From: Macrostomum hystrix
Taxonomy: Eukaryota; Animalia; Platyhelminthes
Direction of reading: 5' to 3'
DNA length: 64,000 nucleotides
Assembly: GCA_950097015.1 (NCBI GenBank)
Contig: CATNEN010000037.1
Span: 1,612,001 to 1,676,000 of the forward strand
The translations under genes were made by a program, and so were the position numbers. The notes below the pieces were generated by a model. That model did no database searches. It was not told the origin of the DNA and saw only the letters and a program-made list of their open reading frames with translations. Of this stretch, positions 35,421 through 50,000 are shown in pieces. Each line of letters starts with the position of its first letter. Within the stretch, counting starts at the first letter, position 1.

Positions 35421-35994
35421 TATCACGCGACTAGCAGGCCTGTGATATTTCTACAGTTAACTGTTCACAGTTCACTATTTCTACAGTTCACAGTTAACTG
35501 TAGAAATTAGGTAGATTTTGGCTTCAATAGATAAACACGACTACGAAACACGCCTAGTTACCAAACCATTCGCAGAAACGTACTTTCGATGAGATTTTAT
35601 AGTTTTCTGGCAAGCATATTTTTTACTAAGTGATTTATAGAATGAAGGGTGAATCATGCTGGTTTTGCTCAGCAAAAAATAGAACATTTTTTAGGCGTCC
35701 AAGCTGAGATATGGGGAGAGATGTAGCTCGCAAATATTTAATAAACTAGTTCGTAGCTCATAACACCGAATACCAGCTCTTAAGCCTAACATCGTATAAT
35801 GAATTCCGCGCATATTTCAACTATTCAAATGTTGCCTTTAGAAATGGCTATTAGCTGCAATTCTAAAGGGCAGCCAGGGCTGTCGGAATTGTCTACTATC
35901 AGTTTGGGCACAGCTGGGTGAAATATTATCTCCTATAATATAAATATAAATATAAAGATAGCATGGGTAGATAGACCACACCAGGAATGAATAG

Positions 35995-37180
35995 TCAGTA
36001 TGGCAGACAGACAAACAAACAGGATAGACAGATAAACAGGCAGGATAGACAGATTAACAGGCTGGTTTGACATATAAACAGGCAAGATAGACAGATTAAC
36101 AGGCAGGATAGACAGATTAACAGGCGGGAGGGACAGATTAACAGGCAGGATAGACAAATTAACAGGCTGGTTTGACATATAAACAGGCAGGATAGACAGA
36201 TTAACAGGCAGGATAGACAGATTAACAGGCAGAATAGACAGATTAACAGGCAGGATAGACAGATTAACAGGCAGGATAGACAGATTAACAGGCGGGATAG
36301 ACAGATTAACAGGCTGGTTTGACATATAAACAGGCAAGATAGACAGATTAACAGGCAGGATAGACAGATTAACAGGCAGGATAGACAGATTAACAGGCTG
36401 GTTTGACATATAAACAGGCAGGATAGACAGATTAACAGGCAGGATAGACAGATTAACAGGCAGAATAGACAGATTAACAGGCAGGATAGACAGATTAACA
36501 GGCAGGATAGACAGATTAACAGGCAGGATAGACAGATTAACAGGCAGGATAGACAGATTAACAGGCAGGATAGACAGATTAACAGGGAGGATAGACAGAT
36601 TAACAGGCTGGTTTGACATATAAACAGGCAAGATAGACAGATTAACAGGCAGGATAGACAGATTAACAGGCAGGATAGACAGATTAACAGGCTGGATAGA
36701 CAGATTAACAGGCAGGATGGACAGATTAACAGGCTGGAGGGACAGATTAACAGGCAGGATAGACAGATTAACAGGCTGGTTTGACATATAAACAGGCAGG
36801 ATAGACAGATTAACAGGCAGGATAGACAGATTAACAGGCGGGATAGACAGATTAACAGGCAGGATAGACAGATTAACAGGCTGGTTTGACATATAAACAG
36901 GCAGGATAGACAGATTAACAGGCAGGATAGACAGATTAACAGGCAGGATAGACAGATTAACAGGCAGGATAGACAGATTAACAGGCAGGATAGACAGATT
37001 AACAGGCAGGATAGACAGATCAACAGGCTGGAGGGACAGATTAACAGGCAGGATAGACAGATTAACAGGCGGGATAGACAGATTAACAGGCTGGTTTGAC
37101 ATATAAACAGGCAGGATAGACAGATTAACAGGCAGGATAGACAGATTAACAGGCAGGATAGACAAATTAACAGGCAGGAA
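35995..37180. repeat. 21-bp minisatellite (acaggcaggatagacagatta), APC intron 1
   Basis: The array starts a few bases after the exon 1 donor. Confidence 0.96.
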
Positions 37181-37185
37181 CTCAC

Positions 37186-37881
37186 CTGGCAACAATCTGC
37201 CAGCAGGAGGTCGGCGAGGCACTCGACGCCGCCGAGTTTGGCCAGCAGCGACCGCTCCTCCGGCGCGTAGGAGAGCTGCAACAGAGCCGCGGCGGCTTCA
37301 ACGCAGCGGTCGCGGGCCACGGCGGCGTCAGCAGGCTGTCCGCGGGGCAGGGCGCCGCAGCGGCAGAGGGCGGCCCTGGCGCAGTCGCAGTGCAGCCGCA
37401 CCCGGTCCAGCTGGCGCAGGAGTCGCCTTTCGCGCGGATCAGCGCCGGGAGCGCGCGCCAGATTGCGCAACGCTGCGGCGGCACGCCGACGCACCGACAG
37501 GCGCGGCAGGTGCCAGTGCGGACTGGGGCAATCAGCGGCGTCGACTCCCGCGTCGCCGAATCGGCACTCGCCGTCGCCGTAGAGCAGCTCGGCCGCGGAT
37601 TCGAAGGCTGCGTCATCGGCGCGAAGCTGGGCGCAGGCTGCGGTGTCCTGGGAGGCGCGCAGAAGCTCGGCGCTGTGCCGCTGCTGCGCCTCCAGCATCG
37701 CCGACGTTGCTGGCGACACCTCCGACGCGACCGGCGGCGGGTCGACTTGGCGTACGCTTCGGCTGCTGTCGCTGCTTGGGCCCGCAACATCGGTGACATT
37801 GGCGACGTCGGAGGCGGTGGAACTGCCGCGCCGCATGCCGCAAGCGTCCGCTAGCCAGGCTGATAGGTCTGTCGGGTCCAT
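37186..37881 (-). CDS. APC: APC-like, exon 1 (pre-ARM region)
   Basis: gcgccATGG start. RRRAAAALRNL...RERRLLRQLDRVRLHCD and AAALLQLSYAPEERSLLAKLGGVECLADLL match the conserved APC N-terminal region. CAG|GTGAGT donor. Confidence 0.88.
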
Positions 37882-37934
37882 GGCGCTGGTCCAATGCTTG
37901 TTCGCTGTTCATTTTGGTGGTGTTTTTGAGCAAA

Positions 37935-38787
37935 TACTAACTGTCTATTCTGGTTGCACATCTGTATATTCTAGTAGCAAATCTGTAGATTTTGGTAGCA
38001 CATCTGTCTATTCTGGTTGCACATCTGCCTATTCTGATTGCACATCTGTCTATTCTGGTTGCACATCTGTCTGTTCTGGTTTCAATTCTGTCTATTCTGG
38101 TTGCACATCTGTCTGTTCTGGTTGCACATCTGTCTGTTCTGGTTGCACATCTGTCTATTCTGGTTTTAGTTCTGTCTATTCTGGTTGCATATCTGTCTAT
38201 TCTGGTTTTAATTCTGTCTATTCTGGTTTTAGTTCTGTCTATTCTGGTTGCACATCTGTCTGTTCTGGTTGCACAACTGTCTATTCTGGTTGCACATCTG
38301 TCTATTCTGGTTTTAGTTCTGTCTATTCTGGTTGCACATCTGTCTATTCTGGTTTTAGTTCTGTCTATTCTGGTTGCACATCTGTCTGTTCTGGTTGCAC
38401 AACTGTCTATTCTGGTTTCAATTCTGTCTATTCTGGTTGCACATCTGTCTGTTCTGGTTGCACATCTGTCTGTTCTGGTTGCACAACTGTCTATTCTGGT
38501 TTCAATTCTGTCTATTCTGGTTGCACATCTGTCTGTTCTGGTTGCACATCTGTCTGTTCTGGTTGCACAACTGTCTATTCTGGTTTCAATTCTGTCTATT
38601 CTGGTTGCACATCTGTCTGTTCTGGTTGCACATCTGTCTATTCTGGTTTCAATTCTGTCTATTCTGGTTGCTCATCTGTCTGTTCTGGTTGCACATCTGT
38701 CTGTTCTGGTTGCACATCTGTCTATTCTGGTTGCTCATCTGTCTATTCTGGTTGCACTTCTGTCTATTCTGGTTGCTCATCTGTATA
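37935..38787. repeat. 21-bp minisatellite (tctggttgcacatctgtctat) just upstream of the APC start codon
   Basis: Tandem units read directly. Confidence 0.95.
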
Positions 38788-39223
38788 GCAATCCTGGTCG
38801 TTGAGATCAGGTAGATCAAACCAAGCAGGAAATTTAGCAGTTTCACACATTATTTTTGCTCAACTCCCTAAATGGGACAATGAAAACTGGGCCTCAAAAA
38901 GTGTCCACTTAAGCCACTTACAGAGGCAAGCGGAGTGCATAATTTAACAGCGGAGTCTGTTTGATGTGCAAAAGGAACTCATCACTAATTAATATTGCGC
39001 ATTTGTTGAGACCCATCAACGGGGAGGCAGCTATAGGTTTGAGTGTCTTGGGAATCTGTGAAATCTTGCCCATTTTTTGTCCTCAAAGCGACTCGACTCA
39101 AAGCAATTTTTGAGAAAGCATTTTCCAGGTCGGGCAATTCATTTTACTCCTCAAAACGAGATCAAAGCAAGTTGAGATTATTTATTTTCTCACGCTTCCT
39201 CAAATCCTGAAGTTCCTCAAATT

Positions 39224-39465
39224 CATTGACTCCTGAGCACACACTCACAGAGGTGTGTACATCGGCCCTGACTTTCTCATTGTCACGCAGTGTACACTCT
39301 CACTGTGCCTTGGAGGTTGGCCCTCAAGGGCGTAAATTGCACGACAAGCCCCCAAGCCTTCTCTCCGCGGCTGCGCCCCAAACGAATGTGGTCTCGCAGC
39401 GGAATCGAGCTCGGGATCCTTGGTGCGAGGGGCAAACACGTTAATCGTACTTGCCACTCACCCCC
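39224..39465 (-). mobile_element. SINE family 2 copy (3'-truncated)
   Basis: High similarity to 57440-57801 across the tRNA-like head and body. A SINE family 1 fragment (cagtccgtggactg) abuts it at ~39466-39520. Confidence 0.85.
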
Positions 39466-40639
39466 AAGGCTGTTGTGTACAGTCCGTGGACTGCGGGCGG
39501 GGCGTCACACTCACTAGAAAACTATAAAATCGACCTCCGATGAATAATTTGTATTAAATTATGATTCAGACAGTATCAAAACTTGAATTCGGACAGACAG
39601 ACAGACAAATCTATTTAATAATAATGCTTAGTTACTGATTATAGACTTTTTCTGTTATGTACGAGCCGTATATTCTTTATAATAACAACTAACAAGCCAC
39701 AGCTTGTCTTACCCAGCATTCTGATATGTATGTAGTGTCTGTTATGTATGGAGTGTCTTGAATGCTTATCAATTTGCCGCATCTCCATGTATGGAAGGCC
39801 AGGCTTATGGATTTTACAGTTCTTTCTTTTCATAAATTTAACAGAACAGATTGTTTGGCCATGTGTTGCACTTGACAACCGGAAACTTTGTCACCAGATT
39901 ATAGCTTAACTGCTGTGATCTACTGTAATCTACTGTAATCTACTGTACATATGCTGTTCACAGATGAATCTAACGAAGAATTAGAAATTAACAATTTAAG
40001 GTTCATTGTTTGTCTTGAAGTTAATGCATTTCTAATGAACACTTTTCCCAAATTCAATTGGTAAATTATCCGCCAAGTACTCGTATGCATAGGATTCGTT
40101 CTGCATTTTCAGCAATTTGATTAGATAATTTGTCAACAAGATTTTATCTACTTATTCTATTCTTCTAGGAGGCAATATGCTGGAGTCTAGTTAGTATTCC
40201 TTGTCGGAAAAATATTTCGCAATCCACGAGTTGGCCGATCGAATATAGGGAGAAAAGATATAGGAAGGCCGGGTGTACACTGGACAGGGCGCAAGGCCCG
40301 TGCACTTTTTATTATTCAGTCACTGTCTGGGGGAATATATCCTCATTTACGATTCAGAAAGGGACCACTCTCTCTCTCTGCAGCCGCTTTTCGTTTTTCT
40401 CTGTCTGGCAATCTTTAGGGACCGCGGCTTGCATGGCCTGCTTTCGAGGCCTGGTTTAATTCCGAATATATCATTATGCAATGCCGACATACGAACCCGT
40501 CTGACTCGGGTGTTCCGGTTTGCCATTAGATGCGCAAATCTATTCTCTCCTAAGCTTATTTAGCCTGAGATTTTGAGCGCTGAAACAATTAACGGAAATT
40601 TGGTTCGCAGAAGAGAGAGAGACACAAATATCTAGAGAG

Positions 40640-41250
40640 AAATCTATTGATAAAGCTACAGAAATCTACAGATTTAGCTACAGAAATCTACAGATTTAGC
40701 TACGGAAATCTACCGATTTAGCAACGGAAATCTACAGATCAAGCTACAGAAGCTTACAGATCTAGCTGTAGAAATCTGCATATTTTTTGCTCTAAAAATC
40801 TACAGATCTAGCTACAGAAATCTACAGATTTAGCTACAGAAATCTACACATTTAGCTACAGAAATCTACACATTTAGCTACAGAAATCTAGAGATTTAGC
40901 TACAGAAATCTACAGATTTAGCTACAGAAATCTACAGATTTAGCTACATAAATCTACAGATTTAGCTACAGAAATCTACACATTTAGCTACTGAAATCTA
41001 CAGATTTAGCTACAGAAATCTACAGATTTAGCTACAGAAATCTACAGATTTAGCTACAGAAATCTACACATTTAGCTACTGAAATCTACAGATTTAGCTA
41101 CAGAAATCTACAGATTTAGCTACAGAAATCTACAGATTTAGCTACAGAAATCTACAGATTTAGCTACAAAAATCTACAGATTTAGCTACAGAAATCTACA
41201 GATTTAGCTACAGAAATCTACATATCTAGCTCGTAGCTATAAAAATCTAC
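40640..41250. repeat. 22-bp minisatellite (tagctacagaaatctacagatt)
   Basis: Tandem units read directly. Confidence 0.95.
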
Positions 41251-41909
41251 AGAAAACGAAATAAAATGAAGATCCTGGCTAATGTCTGTCTTCTGTCTTA
41301 TCCGTCATTGTCTTTCTTAGAGTTGGGTCATTTTAGCAACTGCACTCACAGTATATCGGTTTTCCCAATTGAGCACTGAGCTACTGATTGGGGATCTCTA
41401 TCTGTTATTTTCCTCATTGACAGCCCTGTCAGCCAAGCTGTCTCAGCTACAGCAGCATGGCTATTCTTCCAACATTATTTATTAACATCCATGAGCTGTT
41501 CCACTCTATCTGGCTTAAAGTAGCTAAATTGGCACTATATGAGCTACCGCGGTTGACTTACCTCTGAACTGAGCACTTGCCCCGTATGCGGCCTTAGCAA
41601 CAGGGTTGAGCTTGCATCATCCAGCTAGACCCGACCTGGTGTTTACTTCGTATCACTGATGTCTTAAGTAGAGCGCATTGGCCTCATTGGAATGAAACTG
41701 TTTATGGAGCCGTAGAGACCGCCTGGATACTAAATGTGCTTTTAAAATACTGCTAAAATATAGAATGCGGAGGCTGAGCTTAACTACTGGACCAATGCCC
41801 CCAGCCAATGGGAGAGCTGCTGGGCGCTGCATGCGATTGAAGTGTGCTTCGAGCCAAGGGCACTAGAATAACTTGCTAGATACATGCGTAAGTATGCATA
41901 TAACAGTAG

Positions 41910-42303
41910 ATATAGATAGATAGATGGAGATGGAGAGAGATGGAGAGAGATGGAGAGAGATGGAGAGAGATGGAGAGAGATGGAGAGAGATGGAGAGAGA
42001 TGGAGAGAGATGGAGAGAGATTGAGAGAGATGGAGAGAGATGGAGAGAGATTGAGAGAGATGGAGAGAGATGGAGAGAGATGGAGAGAGATGGAGAGAGA
42101 TTGAGAGAGATTGAGAGAGATGGAGAGAGATGGAGAGAGATGGAGAGAGATTGAGAGAGATGGAGAGAGATGGAGAGAGATTGAGAGAGATTGAGAGAGA
42201 TGGAGAGAGATGGAGAGAGATGGAGAGAGATGGAGAGAGATTGAGAGAGATGGAGAGAGATGGAGAGAGATGGAGAGAGATGGAGAGAGATGGAGAGAGA
42301 TCT

Positions 42304-42340
<37 letters not shown>

Positions 42341-42365
42341 TGATTGATTGATTGATTGATCGATT
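41910..42365. repeat. (GATGGAGAGA)n followed by (GATA)n and (GATT)n
   Basis: Read directly. Confidence 0.95.
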
Positions 42366-42762
42366 CTAAGAATCGCTGTTTCTAAGTATCGCTGTTTCTA
42401 AGAATCGCTGTTTCTAAGCACCGCTGTTTCTAAGAATCGCTGTTTCTAAGAATCGCTGTTTCTAAGCATCGTTGTTTCTAAGAATCGCTGTTTCTAAGAA
42501 TCTCTGTTTCTAAGAATCTCTGTTTCTAAGAATCGCTGTTTCTAAGAATCGCTGTTTCTAAGAATCGCTGTTTCTAAGAATCGCTGTTTCTAAGAATCGC
42601 TGTTTCTAAGAATCTGTTTCTAAGAATCGCTCTTTCTAAGCATCGCTGATTCTAAGAATCGCTGTTTCTAAGCATCACTGTTTCTAAGAATCGCTGTTTC
42701 TAAGAATCTCGTTTCTAAGCATCGCTGTTTCTAAGAATCGCTGTTTCTAAGAATCGCTGTTT
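42365..42762. repeat. 16-bp minisatellite (ctaagaatcgctgttt)
   Basis: Tandem units read directly. Confidence 0.95.
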
Positions 42763-43214
42763 TCCTATTCCCATAGAATACAACTTTCCCGTTAGCCTGC
42801 AGAAAATGGCCACTCAGCCATGCCCAGATCCGTAATTGGACTTAGCAAGTGCAGCTGTGGCCACTTTTTTAAACGCAGTTTCTGTACGCCCCCGCAGGCC
42901 CTGGCGATCACTACTTGATTATCTTTTCTAATGCAACCAGGCCTTCTTTGGTAAAACAAATAGCGTTTTGAAAGTAATTGTGCGCAGAATCCGCAGAGCA
43001 AATGTTGCTGCGAGCGGGGTTAATTCAATGACTGAGTTTGACCTTCGGTGCACTACCATTGGATACAGAAGTCATAAAAATTGCAGTTTCAGTGCTTCAA
43101 AAATATTATACGATCCGCTTCTGGTGTTTACATGCGATTAAATCTATGGGACTAGATTGTCTTGTGATCCGGTAACTCCATTGATTGGCGAAGTGAAAAC
43201 TTGATGACAAGTGA

Positions 43215-43960
43215 TTACATGACCAAACTAATCAAATGACCATGTATTCTAATGACCAAGTAATCAAATGACCAAGAAATCAAATGACCAAGTAATCAAA
43301 TGACCAAGTAATAAAATGACCAAGTAATCAAATGACCAAGTAATCAAATGACCAAGTAGTCAAATGACCAAGTAATCAAATGACCAAGTAATCAAATGAC
43401 CAAGAAATCAAATGACCAAGTAGTCAAATGACCAAGTAATCAAATGACCAAGAAATCAAATGACCATGTATTCTAATGACCAAGTAATGAAATGACCAAG
43501 TAATGAAATGACCAAGAAATCAAATGACCAAGTAATGAAATGACCAAGAAATCAAATGACCAAGTAGTCAAATGACCAAGTAATCAAATGACCAAGAAAT
43601 CAAATGACCATGTATTCTAATGACCAAGTAATGAAATGACCAAGTAATGAAATGACCAAGAAATCAAATGACCAAGTAATGAAATGACCAAGAAATCAAA
43701 TGACCAAGTAATAAAATGACCAAGTAATCAAATGACCAAGTAATCAAATGACCAAGTAGTCAAATGACCAAGTAATCAAATGACCAAGTAATCAAATGAC
43801 CAAGAAATCAAATGACCAAGTAGTCAAATGACCAAGTAATCAAATGACCAAGAAATCAAATGACCAAGTAATGAAATGACCAAGAAATCAAATGACCAAG
43901 AAATCAAATGACCGAGTAATCAAATGACCAAGTAATCAAATGACCAAGTAATCAAAGGAC
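43215..43960. repeat. 16-bp minisatellite (aatgaccaagtaatca)
   Basis: Tandem units read directly. Confidence 0.95.
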
Positions 43961-45544
43961 AAAGTCGAATTCGATGGTGTTATATGGTATAATTATTTTC
44001 CAGACCTGCAACAACTATACCAGGACGCTGGCAGATCAATAATGCGGATTGGTATTTAGTGTGTTTCAATGGGAATTAGCTCATATACCCCACAGTCTCA
44101 GGCGCATTGCTCAATAAGCCCATTAGTCAGTGTCCGACAGTTGTGCGAGAATTTGGTTGAACATGAAGCATCGAATTTTTAATCACAAACACTCCCACAC
44201 TGTACCATTTCTCAGAACTGGCCAATCGATGGATATACGGCCTCTATAATCCTAGGGTTACAGTGAACACTAAAACACACTAAAACACTATTCAGGTCAA
44301 GCCTAGTCATAGCAACAGCGTCTATTAAGAAATCCCATTCAATACAGTGGAATGCTTTCGAGGCTATTGCGTAACCGAGGATTTCAAGATCCTGCATTGC
44401 TTCGGAGATTACCTTAACAGTTGAACTACCAAGCCATTTTGCCGGCCGTTTTTATACCAAGGGGGAATTCCCTAACAGCGTTCAGTGGTGACCAATTAGT
44501 TGACAGACTAGGCGAGGGTGTCCTGTGTTTGAGCTGCGCCTAATATTTAGGCTTGATCAGTGAAATCGGAGAAATTCGCGTCAGGGTGTCCATAGTGGCC
44601 TAGTTCCACCTGTTGTAGCCCTTGAAGGTCCAGCAAATCCGTCTAGATAAAGGTAGGTGACCACCGAAGACGGAGATGATGCAGGCACATTCGGGTGACA
44701 TGCTTATCAATTTTGAAGGCCTGGCAAGGCCGCACTGAGGCGCAGTGCCAACTCGTGTATAGGGGTGTGTGAAATACACTAGCTCTTATGGTAAAAATCG
44801 GACCTTCGGCCAGAAACATTGAATATCTCGACGGCCTGAAGAGCTGGCGACTTGTTTCTTGTTTCAGAAGATGCGCAACAAAAATTTGGCCCGTGTTCTT
44901 GAGTTTCGTGTGCTTGAGTTTCGTGTGCCTGCGTTGCTCCTAGCGTTAATACTGTTAATACTAATTTTCTTGTTCAAGACATTTCTCCCGGTCTCTAGAG
45001 GTCTGGTTTGGAAATTGTCTTCGAAAATCTACTAGAAGAATTAGTTAAGCGTAGACTAGAGCTAGTGTGCTCTATGACTCGTAATGCAATCACCGTCACA
45101 CTGATATGTGTATATTATACTCCTTAGCAACAGAAGCTGCTGCAATAGATAAGGCCGCCGCGTGGCTGTATGAGATCTCATCCTTTTATGACCCGGGGCG
45201 GCGAAGCTACGGATAGCGAGAATTTGCATCTCAACCTCGTCGGTGTCTCCCCTGTCTCTCTTATTCTGTCTCTCGCTCCACCGATCTCACTTCTATCGCG
45301 CTTTCAGGAGGACTCAGTCATCGCAGCTGATGACTCAGTCCTCAGTGGTGCAAAACCGCGGCTGTGTGGCCTCTGGACAAAAATTCCTCCCTTGGGGACG
45401 GAAAAAAAAATTGCTAGAGAGACGACGGGGCCTGTTTGAAAATTCCGATTCGAGTGAAAGGATCGAGAAACACAGCTGCAGACACTTCTGGTCTCAACTG
45501 GCCGAAAGAGATGGCTTTAGGCAGTCAAAAAAGTCTCATCTCCA

Positions 45545-46418
45545 GATGGAGAGATGGAGAGAGATTGAGAGAGATGGAGAGAGATGGAGAGAGATGGAGA
45601 GAGATTGAGAGAGATTGAGAGAGATGGAGAGAGATTGAGAGAGATGGAGAGAGATGGAGAGAGATTGAGAGAGATGGAGAGATATGGAGAGAGATGGAGA
45701 GAGATGGAGAGAGATTGAGAGAGATTGAGAGAGATGGAGAGAGATTGAGAGAGATGGAGAGAGATGGAGAGAGATTGAGAGAGATGGAGAGAGATGGAGA
45801 GAGATGGAGAGAGATTGAGAGAGATGGAGAGAGATAGAGAGAGATGGAGAGAGATGGAGAGAGATGGAGAGAGATTGAGAGAGATGGAGAGAGATGGAGA
45901 CAGATTGAGAGAGATAGAGAGAGATGGAGAGAGATGGAGAGAGATGGAGAGAGATGGAGAGAGATGGAGAGAGATGGAGAGAGATGGAGAGAGATGGAGA
46001 GAGATTGAGAGAGATGGAGAGAGATGGAGAGAGATGGAGAGAGATGGAGAGAGATGGAGAGAGATGGAGAGAGATGGAGAGAGATGGAGAGAGATTGAGA
46101 GAGATGGAGAGAGATGGAGAGAGATGGAGAGAGATGGAGAGAGATGGAGAGAGATGGAGAGAGATGGAGAGAGATGGAGAGAGATGGAGAGAGATGGAGA
46201 GAGATGGAGAGAGATTGAGAGAGATTGAGAGAGATGGAGAGAGATGGAGAGAGATGGAGAGAGATGGAGAGAGATGGAGAGAGATTGAGAGAGATTGAGA
46301 GAGATGGAGAGAGATGGAGAGAGATGGAGAGAGATGGAGAGAGATGGAGAGAGATGGAGAGAGATTGAGACAGATTGAGAGAGATGGAGAGAGATGGAGA
46401 GAGATGGAGAGAGATGGA
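45545..46418. repeat. (GATGGAGAGA)n 10-bp array
   Basis: Same unit as 41910-42300. Confidence 0.96.
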
Positions 46419-47097
46419 CTCAGTTCAGAGAGGCTGAGAAGCAGATGAAGATATACAGTGATAAGGACAGAACAGAGTTAAGAGGTAAAGATGGAGAGAG
46501 ATTGGCGTATTTAAGACAGTGAGACCAAAGAGAGTGGAACGAGATGTAATTTTTAACTTTGTCTATGTTGCTGCAGATGGAGTTGAGACAGTTCAAAGCG
46601 TTGGTGGAGCCTTTGCTTGTTGAAATTTTCTCGCCTCCATTCAGCGTGAGCTGGCTGACTCAAAGTTCGAGTGCAATTTCAAAGACTTTTTCCAAAATGA
46701 GGGCGCTTGTGATTGCGTCATTTCTTTTCCCACCAGCGCGGAGGCGGGCGGCAGCAGGGGGGTTGTTGGCCGCTTTCAATTTCGAGCTACCGAATTGCGA
46801 AATCCCCCACGATCTCAGGGGCGACAGGGTCGGGCAGGGACCTTGTCCCAGTTTCTCCCGATTAGGCCAATCGGGCGCTACTCAACTCGCTGCAACTCAT
46901 GGACAGTAATTTCATTTACATGGCATTGCTTAAGCCCTGGCAGAGAATGCTTAATCCGCGATTTTCCCTAATCGAAGCTCCGAACACGCATTGGTCACTG
47001 AGTCATCCCTGAGTTGGGCGCGAAATTTGCTTCTGCATCTTTCACTTTCACTTTGTGCTTGAATTCTGGCGTCTGGTGGATGAGTCATCAGTTCCTA

Positions 47098-50000
47098 GCG
47101 GGAGAGATGAGACAGCAGAGAGATGAGACAGCAGAGAGATGAGACAGCAGAGAGATGAGACAGCAGAGAGATGAGACAGCAGAGAGATGAGACGGAGTAG
47201 AGATGAGACGGAGTAGAGATGAGACACGAGAGAGATAAGACACGGGAGAGATAAGACACGGGAGAGATGAGACACGGGATAGATGAGACACGGGATAGAT
47301 GAGACACGGGATAGATGAGACACGGGAGAGATGAGACACGGGAGAGATGAGACATGGGAGAGATGAGACACGGGATAGATGAGACACGGGAGAGATGAGA
47401 CACGGGAGAGATGAGACACGGCAGAGATGAGACACGGGATAGATGAGACACGGGAGAGATGAGACACGGGAGAGATGAGACATGGGAGAGATGAGACACG
47501 GGAGAGATGAGACACGGGATAGATGAGATACGGGAGAGATGAGACATGGGAGAGATGAGACACGGGATAGATGAGACACGCAATAGATGAGACAGCAGAG
47601 AGATGAGACGGGGTAGAGATGAGACACGGCAGAGATGAGACACGGGATAGATGAGACACGGGAGAGATGAGACACGGGAGAGATGAGACATGGGAGAGAT
47701 GAGACACGGGATAGATGAGACACGGGATAGATGAGATACGGGAGAGATGAGACATGGGAGAGATGAGACACGGGATAGATGAGACACGGGATAGATGAGA
47801 CAGCAGAGAGATGAGACAGCAGAGAGATGAGACGGGGTAGAGATGAGACACGGGAGAGATGAGACACGGGAGAGATGAGACACGGGAGAGATAAGACACG
47901 GGAGAGATGAGACACGGGAGAGATGAGACACGGGAGAGATGAGACACGGGAGAGATGAGACACGGGAGAGATGAGACACGGGAGAGATGAGACACGGGAG
48001 AGATGAGACACGGGAGAGATGAGACACGGGAGAGATGAGACACGGGAGAGATGAGACACGGGAGAGATGAGACACGGGATAGATGAGACACGGGAGAGAT
48101 GAGACATGGTAGAGATGAGACACGGGAGAGATGAGACATGGGAGAGATGAGACAGCAGAGAGATGAGACAGCAGAGAGATGAGACGGAGTAGAGATTAGA
48201 CGGGGTAGAGATGAGACACGAGAGAGATAAGACACGGGATAGATGAGACACGGGATAGATGAGACACGGGATAGATGAGACAGCAGAGAGATGAGACAGC
48301 AGAGAGATGAGACAGCAGAGAGATGAGACGGGGTAGAGATGAGACACGGGAGAGATGAGACACGGGAGAGATGAGACATGGGAGAGATGAGACACGGGAT
48401 AGATGAGACACGGGATAGATGAGATACGGGAGAGATGAGACATGGGAGAGATGAGACACGGGATAGATGAGACACGGGATAGATGAGACAGCAGAGAGAT
48501 GAGACAGCAGAGAGATGAGACGGGGTAGAGATGAGACACGGGAGAGATGAGACACGGGAGAGATGAGACACGGGAGAGATAAGACACGGGAGAGATGAGA
48601 CACGGGAGAGATGAGACACAGGAGAGATGAGACACGGGAGAGATGAGACACGGGAGAGATGAGACACGGGATAGATGAGACACGGGAGAGATGAGACATG
48701 GTAGAGATGAGACACGGGAGAGATGAGACATGGGAGAGATGAGACAGCAGAGAGATGAGACAGCAGAGAGATGAGACGGAGTAGAGATTAGACGGGGTAG
48801 AGATGAGACACGAGAGAGATAAGACACGGGATAGATGAGACACGGGATAGATGAGACACGGGATAGATGAGACACGGGATAGATGAGACAGCAGAGAGAT
48901 GAGACAGCAGAGAGATGAGACAGCAGAGAGATGAGACGGGGTAGAGATGAGACACGGGAGAGATGAGACACGGGAGAGATGAGACACGGGATAGATAAGA
49001 CACGGGAGAGATGAGACACGGGAGAGATGAGACACAGGAGAGATGAGACACGGGAGAGATGAGACACGGGAGAGATGAGACACGGGAGAGATGAGACACG
49101 GGAGAGATGAGACACGGGAGAGATGAGACACGGGAGAGATGAGACACGGGAGAGATGAGACACGGGAGAGATGAGACACGGGATAGATGAGACACGGGAG
49201 AGATGAGACATGGGAGAGATGAGACACGGGAGAGATGAGACATGGGAGAGATGAGACAGCAGAGAGATGAGACAGCAGAGAGATGAGACGGAGTAGAGAT
49301 TAGACGGGGTAGAGATGAGACACGAGAGAGATAAGACACGGGATAGATGAGACACGGGATAGATGAGACACGGGATAGATGAGACAGCAGAGAGATGAGA
49401 CAGCAGAGAGATGAGACAGCAGAGAGATGAGACGGGGTAGAGATGAGACACGGGAGAGATGAGACACGGGAGAGATGAGACACGGGATAGATGAGACAGC
49501 AGAGAGATGAGACACGGGAGAGATGAGACACGGGAGAGATGAGACACGGGAGAGATGAGACACGGGATAGATAAGACACGGGAGAGATGAGACACGGGAG
49601 AGATTAGACACGGGAGAGATGAGACACGGGAGAGATGAGACACGGGATAGATGAGACACGGGAGAGATGAGACACGGGAGAGATGAGACACGGGATAGAT
49701 GAGACACGGGAGAGATGAGACATGGTAGAGATGAGACACGGGAGAGATGAGACATGGGAGAGATGAGACAGCAGAGAGATGAGACAGCAGAGAGATGAGA
49801 CGGAGTAGAGATTAGACGGGGTAGAGATGAGACACGAGAGAGATAAGACACGGGATAGATGAGACACGGGATAGATGAGACACGGGATAGATGAGACACG
49901 GGATAGATGAGACAGCAGAGAGATGAGACAGCAGAGAGATGAGACAGCAGAGAGATGAGACGGGGTAGAGATGAGACACGGGAGAGATGAGACACGGGAG

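Noticed and set aside
35933-38846. Long ORFs through the 21-bp arrays flanking APC exon 1
   Set aside because: Repeat translations; the real APC exon is bounded by the ATG at 37881 and the donor at 37185.
43990-44400. Possible small plus-strand exons (LQQLYQDAGR; LANRWIYGLYNP)
   Set aside because: I could not assemble a consistent reading frame or recognise a family.
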